From the NCBI GenBank assembly GCA_035543235.1, contig DATKJV010000047.1:14298-78297 (forward strand): DNA of 64,000 nucleotides, written 5' to 3'. The notes beneath the pieces are model-generated. The model was not told the origin of the DNA. It searched no databases and saw nothing but the letters and a program-made list of their open reading frames with translations. This DNA is from Anaeromyxobacteraceae bacterium. Lineage in GTDB: Bacteria; Myxococcota; Myxococcia; Myxococcales; Anaeromyxobacteraceae. The translations under genes and the position numbers were made by a program. Below are positions 1-7,481 of the stretch, in pieces (positions within the stretch are counted from its first letter, which is position 1; each line of letters opens with the position of its first letter).

Positions 1-6
1 ACGGCC

Positions 7-576
7 TCACCGAAGGTGGCGCGCGCGGCGCGCGCCGATCGCCTTGCGCAGCACGAGAAACAGCTCCGCCGTCGAGATCGCGTCCGTCAGGGCATCGTGC
101 GCCTGGTAGTCGGGGAGGCCGTGGGCGCGCCGCGCCTTCCCCAGGTTCAGGTTGGGGAGGTCGTTCGGGGAGTCGGGGTTGCGGATGCGCGAGCGGTTCG
201 CGGCTCGTATGAGGAGGTCGACCGTGTCCACGACCGGGGGCCTGGGCCAGCGCATCCGGTGGCGCCGGAAGGCCCTCTTCAGGAAGCCCACGTCGACGGA
301 GGCGTGGTGGACGAGGAGGTGGGCTCCGGAGAGTCGCCTCGCGATCTCCGGTAGGACGTCGGCGAGCGGGGGGGCCTCCCGCACCTCGCCCCAGACCAGC
401 TGGTGGTAGCGGATCGACTCCGGGTCGAGCGCCCTGCCGTCCTCGGGTCGGACGAGCGTCCGGTAGGCCTCTCCGAGCCGCACCGTCCCGCCCCGCACCG
501 GGACCATGCCGACGGCGAGGATCGCGTCCCGCCGCGGGTCGAGCCCGCCCGTCTCCAGGTCGAGCGCCCAGTACAC
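7..576 (-). CDS. DnaQ/DEDDh-family 3'-5' exonuclease (DNA pol III epsilon-like)
   Basis: 189-aa ORF. Exo I 'ALDLETGGLD', Exo II 'HHASVDVGFL' and Exo III 'HDALTDA' motifs. G/C-ending codons dominate. Lies directly downstream of the DUF294-type gene. Confidence 0.8.
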   Translation of the reverse strand: MYWALDLETGGLDPRRDAILAVGMVPVRGGTVRLGEAYRTLVRPEDGRALDPESIRYHQLVWGEVREAPPLADVLPEIARRLSGAHLLVHHASVDVGFLKRAFRRHRMRWPRPPVVDTVDLLIRAANRSRIRNPDSPNDLPNLNLGKARRAHGLPDYQAHDALTDAISTAELFLVLRKAIGARRARHLR

Positions 577-631
577 CGCCTCGTCCCAGGGCGGGGAGGA
601 GAAGGGCAGGAGGCGTTTCCTCGGGCTCGCG

Positions 632-2446
632 TCAGACCTCGGTCTGGTAGTGGAACTTGGCGAGCTCCTGCCAGCGGCGGATGGCGCCGAACGACTCCTT
701 GAGGCGCGTGCGCTCCACGGCGGAGAGCTCCGAGAGGGAGACCTTGTTCGTGGGCGGCTTTCCGTCCGCGATCATGCGCAGCTGGACCCGGAGGCGGAGC
801 TCGAGGAGGAAGCGGAAGGCCTGGGTCGCCGAGCTCCACGCATCCTGCCCCATGAGCCCGGCGGCGAGCGCCGCGTCCATGCGCTCGAGCGTTCCGCGCG
901 CGCGGCTCCCCGCCTCGACGCCGTAGCAGCGCGCGAGGAAGACGATGGGGTTGATGCCCTGCCACTTCAGGTCCACTTCCGACGAGCCCCGCAGCCGCAG
1001 CCGGAGCGCCGCGGGCGGCCCGAAGGCCATCGCGTCGCGGGCGAGGAAGCGGATGAACTGCGGGCTCCGCGAGGCCCGGGCCATGGCCGACTCGAGCGGC
1101 TCGAGGTCGAGGTGGCCGCCCACCCGGCGGAAGTCGAACAGGAGCGCGGCGTCGTGCGGCCGCGGCTCCTCGACGCACTCCCAGAAGCGCTTCGTCCACT
1201 CCGAGAGGGTCCCGTTCCACTTGAGGGCCATGTGGCCGCCGTGGCAGGCCGGGAAGCCCGCGGTCTCGAGGTCCCCGGTGACGCGCCTGGCGAGCTCCTC
1301 GAACCAGGGGCGGGATCCCTCCCCGGAGTCGTCGAAGGCGAGGCCGTTGTCCTGGTCGGTGACGAGCGTCTGCTCGGCGCGCCCCTCCGAGCCGTAGACC
1401 ATCCACGCATAGGGCGCCGGGGACGGACCCATGTCCTCCTCGCACCAGTGGAGGATCCGGTGGACCAGCGCGTCGTTCAGCCGGGCCACGAACCCGGCGA
1501 TGACGGTCGCCTCGAGCCCGCCGGCGAGGAGCGTCGAGGCCATCTCCGCGACCTGGCGCGAGTACCCGCCGAGCTCGGCGCGGGATCCGAGCCGCTCCAC
1601 CCGACGCAGGATGGCGACCGGTCCCTGGGCCGTGGCCTTGAGGAGGTCCGTCGAGGTGAGCACCCCCACGACCTCGCCGTCGCGCGTCACCGGCAGGTGG
1701 TGCACGCCGGCGTCGAGGAGCGTCCTCCACGCCTCGTAGATGGGGGTCGAGGCCGCCACCGTCCGCAGCGGTCGGGTCCACACGTCGGTGACGAGGGTCG
1801 AGGGTCCGAGCTCGGCGGCGAGGACGCGGTTGCGGAAGTCCCGGTCGGTGACGATGCCCGGCGGGTCGCCGCGCACGAGGACGGAGGAGATCCTCCGCTC
1901 GCGCATGGCGCGCGCCGCCTCGCCGACGTTCGTCGACGCCTCCACCCAGACGGCCGGCCCCTGCAGGAGGCGCTCGACCGGCACGGCGAGGTCGAAGTGG
2001 AACTTCGCGACCGGCGAGCGCTCGAGCGTGTTCCGGAGCCGCTCCCCGAGCCCGGCGGCGAAGTGGCCCGCGAACTGGGCGTCCTCGAGAAGCCTCCGGA
2101 ACTGCGCCTCCGGGAGCTGGTAGGCGAGGAGGTCCTCCTCGACCGCCACGTCGAGCGTCGCCCGGTGCGTGAGCAGAGACGTGTATCCGAACGTCTCCCC
2201 CTCCTCGAGGACCTGCACGGTCTGCCCGTCCCGCTCGAGGCGCACCACTCCCTTCCGGATGACGTACAGGAACCTGAGCGGCTCCCCGCCCGCGCGCACG
2301 AGCCACGTGCCGGCGGGGTAGTAGGCCACCTCGAGCGCTCCGGCCGCCTCGTCGAAGAGCGCCTGCGGGAGCGCGTCGAAGGGCGGGGTGGCCCGCACGT
2401 AGGACACGGGGTCGATCGAGGCCATCGCACCCGGAGGATACGCCAC
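632..2446 (-). CDS. cyclic-nucleotide-binding / CBS-pair / DUF294-type nucleotidyltransferase protein
   Basis: 604-aa ORF. N-terminal cNMP-binding-like fold (ETFGYTSLL, IRKGVVRLERDG). Two CBS motifs (ISSVLVRGDPPGIVTDRD; HHLPVTRDGEVVGVLTSTDL). Nucleotidyltransferase core 'YAWMVYGSEGRAEQTLVTDQDNGL' plus a C-terminal substrate-binding-like helical region. Confidence 0.85.
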   Translation of the reverse strand: MAYPPGAMASIDPVSYVRATPPFDALPQALFDEAAGALEVAYYPAGTWLVRAGGEPLRFLYVIRKGVVRLERDGQTVQVLEEGETFGYTSLLTHRATLDVAVEEDLLAYQLPEAQFRRLLEDAQFAGHFAAGLGERLRNTLERSPVAKFHFDLAVPVERLLQGPAVWVEASTNVGEAARAMRERRISSVLVRGDPPGIVTDRDFRNRVLAAELGPSTLVTDVWTRPLRTVAASTPIYEAWRTLLDAGVHHLPVTRDGEVVGVLTSTDLLKATAQGPVAILRRVERLGSRAELGGYSRQVAEMASTLLAGGLEATVIAGFVARLNDALVHRILHWCEEDMGPSPAPYAWMVYGSEGRAEQTLVTDQDNGLAFDDSGEGSRPWFEELARRVTGDLETAGFPACHGGHMALKWNGTLSEWTKRFWECVEEPRPHDAALLFDFRRVGGHLDLEPLESAMARASRSPQFIRFLARDAMAFGPPAALRLRLRGSSEVDLKWQGINPIVFLARCYGVEAGSRARGTLERMDAALAAGLMGQDAWSSATQAFRFLLELRLRVQLRMIADGKPPTNKVSLSELSAVERTRLKESFGAIRRWQELAKFHYQTEV

Positions 2447-2479
2447 CCGGCACGCCCGGGCTGCGCCCCTTGCGGAAGT

Positions 2480-3670
2480 CTACGGCCCCCCGAGGGAGCC
2501 CTGTCCGGGGCGCCGGCGCGACCAGCCGCCGGCCGGCAGGAGGAGGACGGCCGCCGCCGCGGCGAGCTCGGCGGCCGCCGCCCAGGCATAGAGGGGGCGG
2601 ACCGATCGGTAGCGGTCGTAGCCCAGGCCGGAGAGCTGGTAGCCGGCGGCGTTGCCGACGCCGAAGACGAGCGCGGCGAAGAGCGCCTGCCCCGTCGACC
2701 GGAGCCGGGACGGGACCGCCCGCGACATCGCCGCGACCGACGCCCCCCAGAAGAGCCCGAACGTGAAGCCGTGCAGGAGCTGGAGGGCCACGACCGCCGG
2801 GGCGCCCGTGGCCCGCGAGGTGAGGAGCCACCGGACGGCGCTCGCGGCGAACGAGAGGGCGAAGGCGCGCCGGAGGTCGAGGCGGACCTCGATGCGGGGG
2901 AAGAGGACGAGCGCCACGACCTCGGCGGCGACCCCGACCGACATCCCCAGGCCCGTCACCTCCGCCGACAGGCCGAGTTCGCGCACGAACAGGCCGTAGA
3001 GCAGGTGGTAGGGGGCGCAGGCGGCCCAGTGCGCCGCGCACACCCCGAGGAAGAGCAGGAGCGGCCGGTCGGCGAGGAGCGCCGCCATCTCCCGGAACCT
3101 CGGAGGGTGGGAGGTCCGCGGGGGAGAGGGAAGCCCCCGGGCGACGAGCGCGTAGGCGGCGACGAAGGCGAGGACCGCGATGGGCACGAGGCGGTCGCCG
3201 GCCCGGTCGCCCCGCATCGCGAGCGAGACGCCGAGCCCCTGCGCCGCGACGACGTACCCGAGCGACCCGAAGAGGCGGATGCGGGCGTAGGTCGAGCCGG
3301 GGTTCGCCCCGGCCCACTCGACCGTGACGGAGTCGACGAGCGGCACGACGGCGCGGTCGCCGAGCCCGTACGCGAAGAGGACCAGCCCCACGCCGACGGG
3401 AGTCCGCGCGAAGGGAAGGAACGCCATCGCGGCGAGGCCCCAGGCGGACGCGAGGCGGAGCGCGCGCGCCGGGGCGCCGAGGCGGTCGGCCGCGGTCGCC
3501 CATGCCACCGCGACCGGCACCGCGAGCAGGGGGCCGATCATCTGGACGGTCCCGATCGCCTCCCCGTCGAAGCCGAGGCCGCGCAGGTACGGCGCGAAGT
3601 ACGGCAGGAAGGCGCCCACGGCGGCGTAGTAGGCGAAGTAGAAGAGCCGGAGGCGTGCTTCGGCGGACAT
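2480..3670 (-). CDS. MFS transporter (MFS_1_like type)
   Basis: 396-aa ORF with about 12 hydrophobic segments. N-terminus 'RLFYFAYYAAVGAFLPYFAPYLRGLGF' is typical of MFS_1_like permeases. Confidence 0.8.
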   Translation of the reverse strand: MSAEARLRLFYFAYYAAVGAFLPYFAPYLRGLGFDGEAIGTVQMIGPLLAVPVAVAWATAADRLGAPARALRLASAWGLAAMAFLPFARTPVGVGLVLFAYGLGDRAVVPLVDSVTVEWAGANPGSTYARIRLFGSLGYVVAAQGLGVSLAMRGDRAGDRLVPIAVLAFVAAYALVARGLPSPPRTSHPPRFREMAALLADRPLLLFLGVCAAHWAACAPYHLLYGLFVRELGLSAEVTGLGMSVGVAAEVVALVLFPRIEVRLDLRRAFALSFAASAVRWLLTSRATGAPAVVALQLLHGFTFGLFWGASVAAMSRAVPSRLRSTGQALFAALVFGVGNAAGYQLSGLGYDRYRSVRPLYAWAAAAELAAAAAVLLLPAGGWSRRRPGQGSLGGP

Positions 3671-3690
3671 CGGCTATGCTGCGCTGTACC

Positions 3691-4143
3691 ATGGGAACTC
3701 CACGGGACGAGGCCCGCACCGCCGTCGCCGCGGCCGTCGAGCGGCGCGCCCCGCTGCGGGAGCGGCTCGCCGACGTCGCCCGGGCGCTGCAGCGGCTTCC
3801 GCGCCACACCGGCGTCTACCTCTATGTGCTCCGGGGCGACGTCCTCGAGCTCGACGCCCATGCCGGTCGGGACACCGAGCACGTTCGCATCCCCGTCGGG
3901 ACCGGGATCTGCGGGCTGTCCGCCCGGACCCGTGCGACGGTGGTCGTGGACGACGTGGCGAAGGACCCCCGCTACCTCGCCTGCAACCTGGAGACGCGCT
4001 CGGAGATCGTGGTCCCCGTCATCCGCGGGGAGCGCTACCTCGCGCAGATCGACGTGGACAGCGACGAGCCGGCCGCCTTCGGCGCGGACGACCGCGCATT
4101 CCTCGAGGAGATGGCGACCCTCCTCGAGCCCGCCTTCCCGTGA
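3691..4143 (+). CDS. single-GAF-domain protein, free methionine-(R)-sulfoxide reductase (MsrC/YebR)-like
   Basis: Inner ATG of ORF 3502..4143; an alternative ATG lies at 3676. Motifs 'GTGICGLSA', 'YLACNLETRSEIVVPV' and 'IDVDSDEPAAF' match the fRMsr-type GAF signature. The upstream part of the ORF is Arg-rich and overlaps the MFS gene. Confidence 0.7.
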   Translation: MGTPRDEARTAVAAAVERRAPLRERLADVARALQRLPRHTGVYLYVLRGDVLELDAHAGRDTEHVRIPVGTGICGLSARTRATVVVDDVAKDPRYLACNLETRSEIVVPVIRGERYLAQIDVDSDEPAAFGADDRAFLEEMATLLEPAFP

Positions 4144-5189
4144 CCGGGGCGCCACCCGTGCGCGGCGGCGTCGTGGGCATGGTGCTCGCCGCCGGGCTGG
4201 GGAAGAGGCTCAGGCCGCTCACCGACCTCGTCCCGAAGCCCGCCGTGCCGGTGGCGGGCTTGCCGCTCATCCGCTACGCGCTCGCGCGGCTCGCGGCCGG
4301 GGAGGTGCGGCGCGCGGTCGTGAACACCCACCACCTCGCCGCGGCGATGGAGGCCGCGGCGCGGGCCGCGGCGGCCGCGGCAAGCGTCGAGCTCGCCGTC
4401 TCGACCGAACCGATCATCGCCGGCACCGGCGGGGCGCTCCGGGAGGCGCGGAGTTTCCTCGCGAGTGCGGACGCGATCGTGCTCTGGAACGGCGACGTCC
4501 TCTTCGACCTCGACGTGCGCGCGGCGGCGGAGGAGCACCGGCGAAGCGGCGCCCTCGCCACCCTGGTGCTCGCCCCGATGCCCGCCGGGGCCTCCTACGC
4601 CGCGGTCGAGGTGGACGGCGGGATGGCGGTGCGCCGCATCGCGGGCCGCGGACCGGGGGGCCCCTCCCTCGCGCCGCTCCACTTCACCGGCGTCCACGTC
4701 CTCTCCCCGGCGCTCCTCGACGCCGTGCCGGCGGAGCCGTTCGAGTGCGACGTGAATCGGCACGTGTACCCGCCGCTCCTCGCCGGCGGGGCCGTTCGCG
4801 GGCTCGTCACCGGTGGCTACTGGAACGACCTCGGGACGCCGGACCGCTACCTCGGGGCGAACCTGGACGTCCTTCGCGGCCGGGCCGGGGCACCTCTGCC
4901 GGCCGCGGACCCCGCCGCGGGGCTGGGGTCCGCCGGCGGGGCGCTCGTCGCTCCCGGCGCCTGCGTGGAGGAGGGGGCGCGGCTCATCGCGCCGGCGCTC
5001 GTCGCCCGGGGCGCCGTGGTCCGCTCCGGCGCCGTCGTCGGCCCGGACGCCGTCGTGGGGGCGGGGTGCGTCGTCGGGCGCGGTGCGGAGGTGCGCCGGG
5101 CCGTCGTCTGGGAGGGGACCGAGGTCGGACCGGGCGAGCGGATCGTCGGAGCGATCGCCGCCGGCGGGATCCGCGTCGCCGCCACGTGA
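4140..5189 (+). CDS. NDP-sugar pyrophosphorylase (nucleotidyltransferase domain plus left-handed beta-helix C-terminus)
   Basis: 349-aa ORF. 'GMVLAAGLGKRLRPLTDLVPKPAVPVAG' is the sugar-1-phosphate nucleotidyltransferase G-loop. The C-terminus has hexapeptide-like repeats (GAVVRSGAVVGPDAVVGAGCVVGRGAEV). The GTG start overlaps the upstream TGA (GTGA). Confidence 0.8.
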   Translation: MTGAPPVRGGVVGMVLAAGLGKRLRPLTDLVPKPAVPVAGLPLIRYALARLAAGEVRRAVVNTHHLAAAMEAAARAAAAAASVELAVSTEPIIAGTGGALREARSFLASADAIVLWNGDVLFDLDVRAAAEEHRRSGALATLVLAPMPAGASYAAVEVDGGMAVRRIAGRGPGGPSLAPLHFTGVHVLSPALLDAVPAEPFECDVNRHVYPPLLAGGAVRGLVTGGYWNDLGTPDRYLGANLDVLRGRAGAPLPAADPAAGLGSAGGALVAPGACVEEGARLIAPALVARGAVVRSGAVVGPDAVVGAGCVVGRGAEVRRAVVWEGTEVGPGERIVGAIAAGGIRVAAT

Positions 5190-5196
5190 CGGCGGT

Positions 5197-5967
5197 TCAG
5201 GCCTCGAGGACCTGGACGAGGAGGGAGGTGATGTTGTCCGCGCCTCCCGCCTCGTTGGCCGCGTCGACGAGCGCCTGGTTCGCCCGGCGCAGATCGCCCC
5301 GGTTCGATCGCAGGATGTCGGCCATGCGGGCGTCTTTCACCATCCCCGAGAGCCCGTCGCAGCACAGGAGGAAGAGGTCTCCCTCGCGCGCCTCCTCGCG
5401 CACGACGTCCACCTGCACGCTCGACCGCATCCCGAGCGCGCGCACGATCACGTTCTTGTGCGGGAAGGCCTCGATCTCCGCGGCGCTCGGCTTCGTGTAC
5501 CGGATGTAATCGGCGAGCAGAGAGTGATCCTCGGTGAGCTGCCGCAGCTCGCCGTCGCGGAAGACGTAGGCGCGGCTGTCGCCGACGTTGCCGACGAGCG
5601 CCTGGCCTCCGCGCGTGAAGTGCGCGCACACGAGCGTCGTCCCCATGCCGGTGAGCTGCTCGTCGGAGCGGGCGCGCTCGTGGATGCGGAGGTTCGCGAG
5701 CCGGACCGCGACGACGAGCCGGTTCTCGTCGTAGCCCCGGTCGCGGTCCTCCCGGAACGGCCACGTCGCGTCCTCGTCGCGGCCGGTCAGCCGGAAGAAC
5801 TCCGCCATCTCCTCCACGGCGATCCGGCTCGCGACCTCGCCGGAGGCGTGGCCGCCCATCCCGTCCGCCACGCAGAACAGCTGCTCCTCCTGCAGGACGA
5901 GGAAGGCGTCCTCGTTGTGGTCGCGCCGGCGGCCGACGTCGGTGGCTCCGATGGCGGCGAGGCGCAT
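5197..5967 (-). CDS. PP2C-family Ser/Thr protein phosphatase
   Basis: 256-aa ORF with 'TDVGRRRDHNEDAF', 'ADGMGGHASGEVAS', 'LLCCDGLSGMV' and 'GGADNITS' PPM motifs. Confidence 0.9.
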   Translation of the reverse strand: MRLAAIGATDVGRRRDHNEDAFLVLQEEQLFCVADGMGGHASGEVASRIAVEEMAEFFRLTGRDEDATWPFREDRDRGYDENRLVVAVRLANLRIHERARSDEQLTGMGTTLVCAHFTRGGQALVGNVGDSRAYVFRDGELRQLTEDHSLLADYIRYTKPSAAEIEAFPHKNVIVRALGMRSSVQVDVVREEAREGDLFLLCCDGLSGMVKDARMADILRSNRGDLRRANQALVDAANEAGGADNITSLLVQVLEA

Positions 5968-6003
5968 GGACAGGCGGAGCGTAGCCCGCGCGTTTGCGGT
6001 CGG

Positions 6004-6987
6004 TCAATCCGCGGGCCGGGGTGAGGGCGGGGGCGTGCGGGTGGGATCCGCGACCACCTCCACGACCGGCCCGCTCTCCACGCGCAGCGGCCCTGCGGAA
6101 TCGAAGACGTCCCCGTCGAGCGTGAAGCGGAGCGCCTGGCGTGGTTCGAGGAGGAGGTCCCGGGCCACGGCGTCGAGCGCGACCTGCCTGCGCCAGGGAC
6201 GGCCGCGCCACAGCGCCGGCATGGCGAGGACCAGGCGGCGCGGCGAGGCGGTGACGCCGACGGCGTGGAAGAAGCCGGGCTGCTCGTCGCAGCGCGAGAA
6301 GGGGCGCGAGCCGAGGCCGACGCCCGGGACCGAGCCGGCGAGCACCGCGAGCCACTCCGTGGACGGCCACTCGTCTCCGTCGGCGACCACCCGCAGCGCT
6401 TCCCGGCGCGCGATCTCGGCGGCGAGCCGGCCACCCGCGAGCGCCGAGGCGAGCGCCCGGGCGAGGAGCCAGGCGGCCCGGAGCGGGCCGGCCCCCTCCG
6501 TCCCGCCCCAGCGCTCGAGAAACCGCACCGCCGCACCGGTCGCGAACAGGAACCCGAGGCGGTTGGGATGCCCCGGGGCGACGACGCGGAGGAGATCGCG
6601 CTCCACCACGGGGAGCGGGAGGCCCTCCCCGCGGTGCCGGAGGATCCTCCGCAGGGTCCGCTCCGGGCCGCCCCGGTGGCCGTGGGCGCGCGCGACGTTG
6701 TTCATCGAGCCGGCGGGGAGCGGCGCGAGCGGCGGCCAGGGGGGATCTCCCCATCCGGCCGGCAGGGCGGTCGCGATCCGCGAGAGGGTGCCATCGCCGC
6801 CGTTCACGCCGAGGAGGCCGACGCCCTCCCGGCGGAACTCCGCGAGCGCCGCCACCGCCTCCTCGTCCGTGGCCACGTCGCGGACGAGGCCGTCGCGCCC
6901 GAGGAGGCGTCGCAGCGCCTGCGCCGTCTCGGGGTGCCTGCGGTTGCGCCGTGCGCGCGGGTTGTTCACGATGCCGATCCGCGCCAT
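6004..6987 (-). CDS. diacylglycerol/lipid kinase-family protein (DAGK catalytic domain)
   Basis: Inner ATG (MARIGIVNNPRARRN...) of ORF 6004..7086. 'LLGVNGGDGTLSR' is the DAGK_cat nucleotide-binding signature. The start could lie further upstream. Confidence 0.7.
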   Translation of the reverse strand: MARIGIVNNPRARRNRRHPETAQALRRLLGRDGLVRDVATDEEAVAALAEFRREGVGLLGVNGGDGTLSRIATALPAGWGDPPWPPLAPLPAGSMNNVARAHGHRGGPERTLRRILRHRGEGLPLPVVERDLLRVVAPGHPNRLGFLFATGAAVRFLERWGGTEGAGPLRAAWLLARALASALAGGRLAAEIARREALRVVADGDEWPSTEWLAVLAGSVPGVGLGSRPFSRCDEQPGFFHAVGVTASPRRLVLAMPALWRGRPWRRQVALDAVARDLLLEPRQALRFTLDGDVFDSAGPLRVESGPVVEVVADPTRTPPPSPRPAD

Positions 6988-7471
6988 GCCCGCTCTCGCT
7001 CCGGTCACCCCGCCGCTCCAGGTCGTGCTCGTCTCGCCGCAGATCCCGCCGAACACCGGCAACGTGGCGAGGACCTGTGCCGTCACCGGCTCCCGCCTCC
7101 ACCTGGTCGGCCCGATCGGCTTCTCGCTCTCCGAGAAGTCGCTGCGCCGCGCCGGCCTCGACTACTGGGCGGAGGTCTCGCCCGAACTCTACCGCGACTG
7201 GGCGGAGTTCGAGGCGCGCACCGGGGCTTCGGACGGGGACCGGCTGCACCTCTTCACGGCGCGCGCCGAGCGCAGCCTCTTCGAGGCCCGGTTCGCGCCC
7301 GGGGACTACCTGGTCTTCGGCCAGGAGCAGCTCGGCCTTCCGCCGGCGCTCGTCGCCGCCCACCCCGGGCGGGCGGTGGCGATCCCCATGCGGGAGGGGC
7401 TGCGGAGCCTGAACCTCGCGGTCGCCGTGGGGGTGGGCGTCTACGAGGCGATCCGGTCGATCGGAGAGTAA
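6986..7471 (+). CDS. trmL: tRNA (cytidine/uridine-2'-O)-methyltransferase TrmL (SpoU family)
   Basis: C-terminal 161 aa of ORF 5915..7471. 'VVLVSPQIPPNTGNVARTCAVTG', 'GDYLVFGQE' and 'LRSLNLAVAVGVGVYEA' give a TrmL-type layout and length. Confidence 0.85.
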   Translation: MPALAPVTPPLQVVLVSPQIPPNTGNVARTCAVTGSRLHLVGPIGFSLSEKSLRRAGLDYWAEVSPELYRDWAEFEARTGASDGDRLHLFTARAERSLFEARFAPGDYLVFGQEQLGLPPALVAAHPGRAVAIPMREGLRSLNLAVAVGVGVYEAIRSIGE

Positions 7472-7481
7472 GATTCCGGCC

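Noticed and set aside
279-5509. Giant ORFs 506..5509 (+, 1667 aa) and 279..3809 (-, 1176 aa)
   Set aside because: Their translations are dominated by Arg/Pro/Gly/Ala with no recognisable domains. They run across five or six genes that carry clear family signatures in other frames. This is the typical stop-codon-depleted off-frame artefact of very GC-rich DNA.
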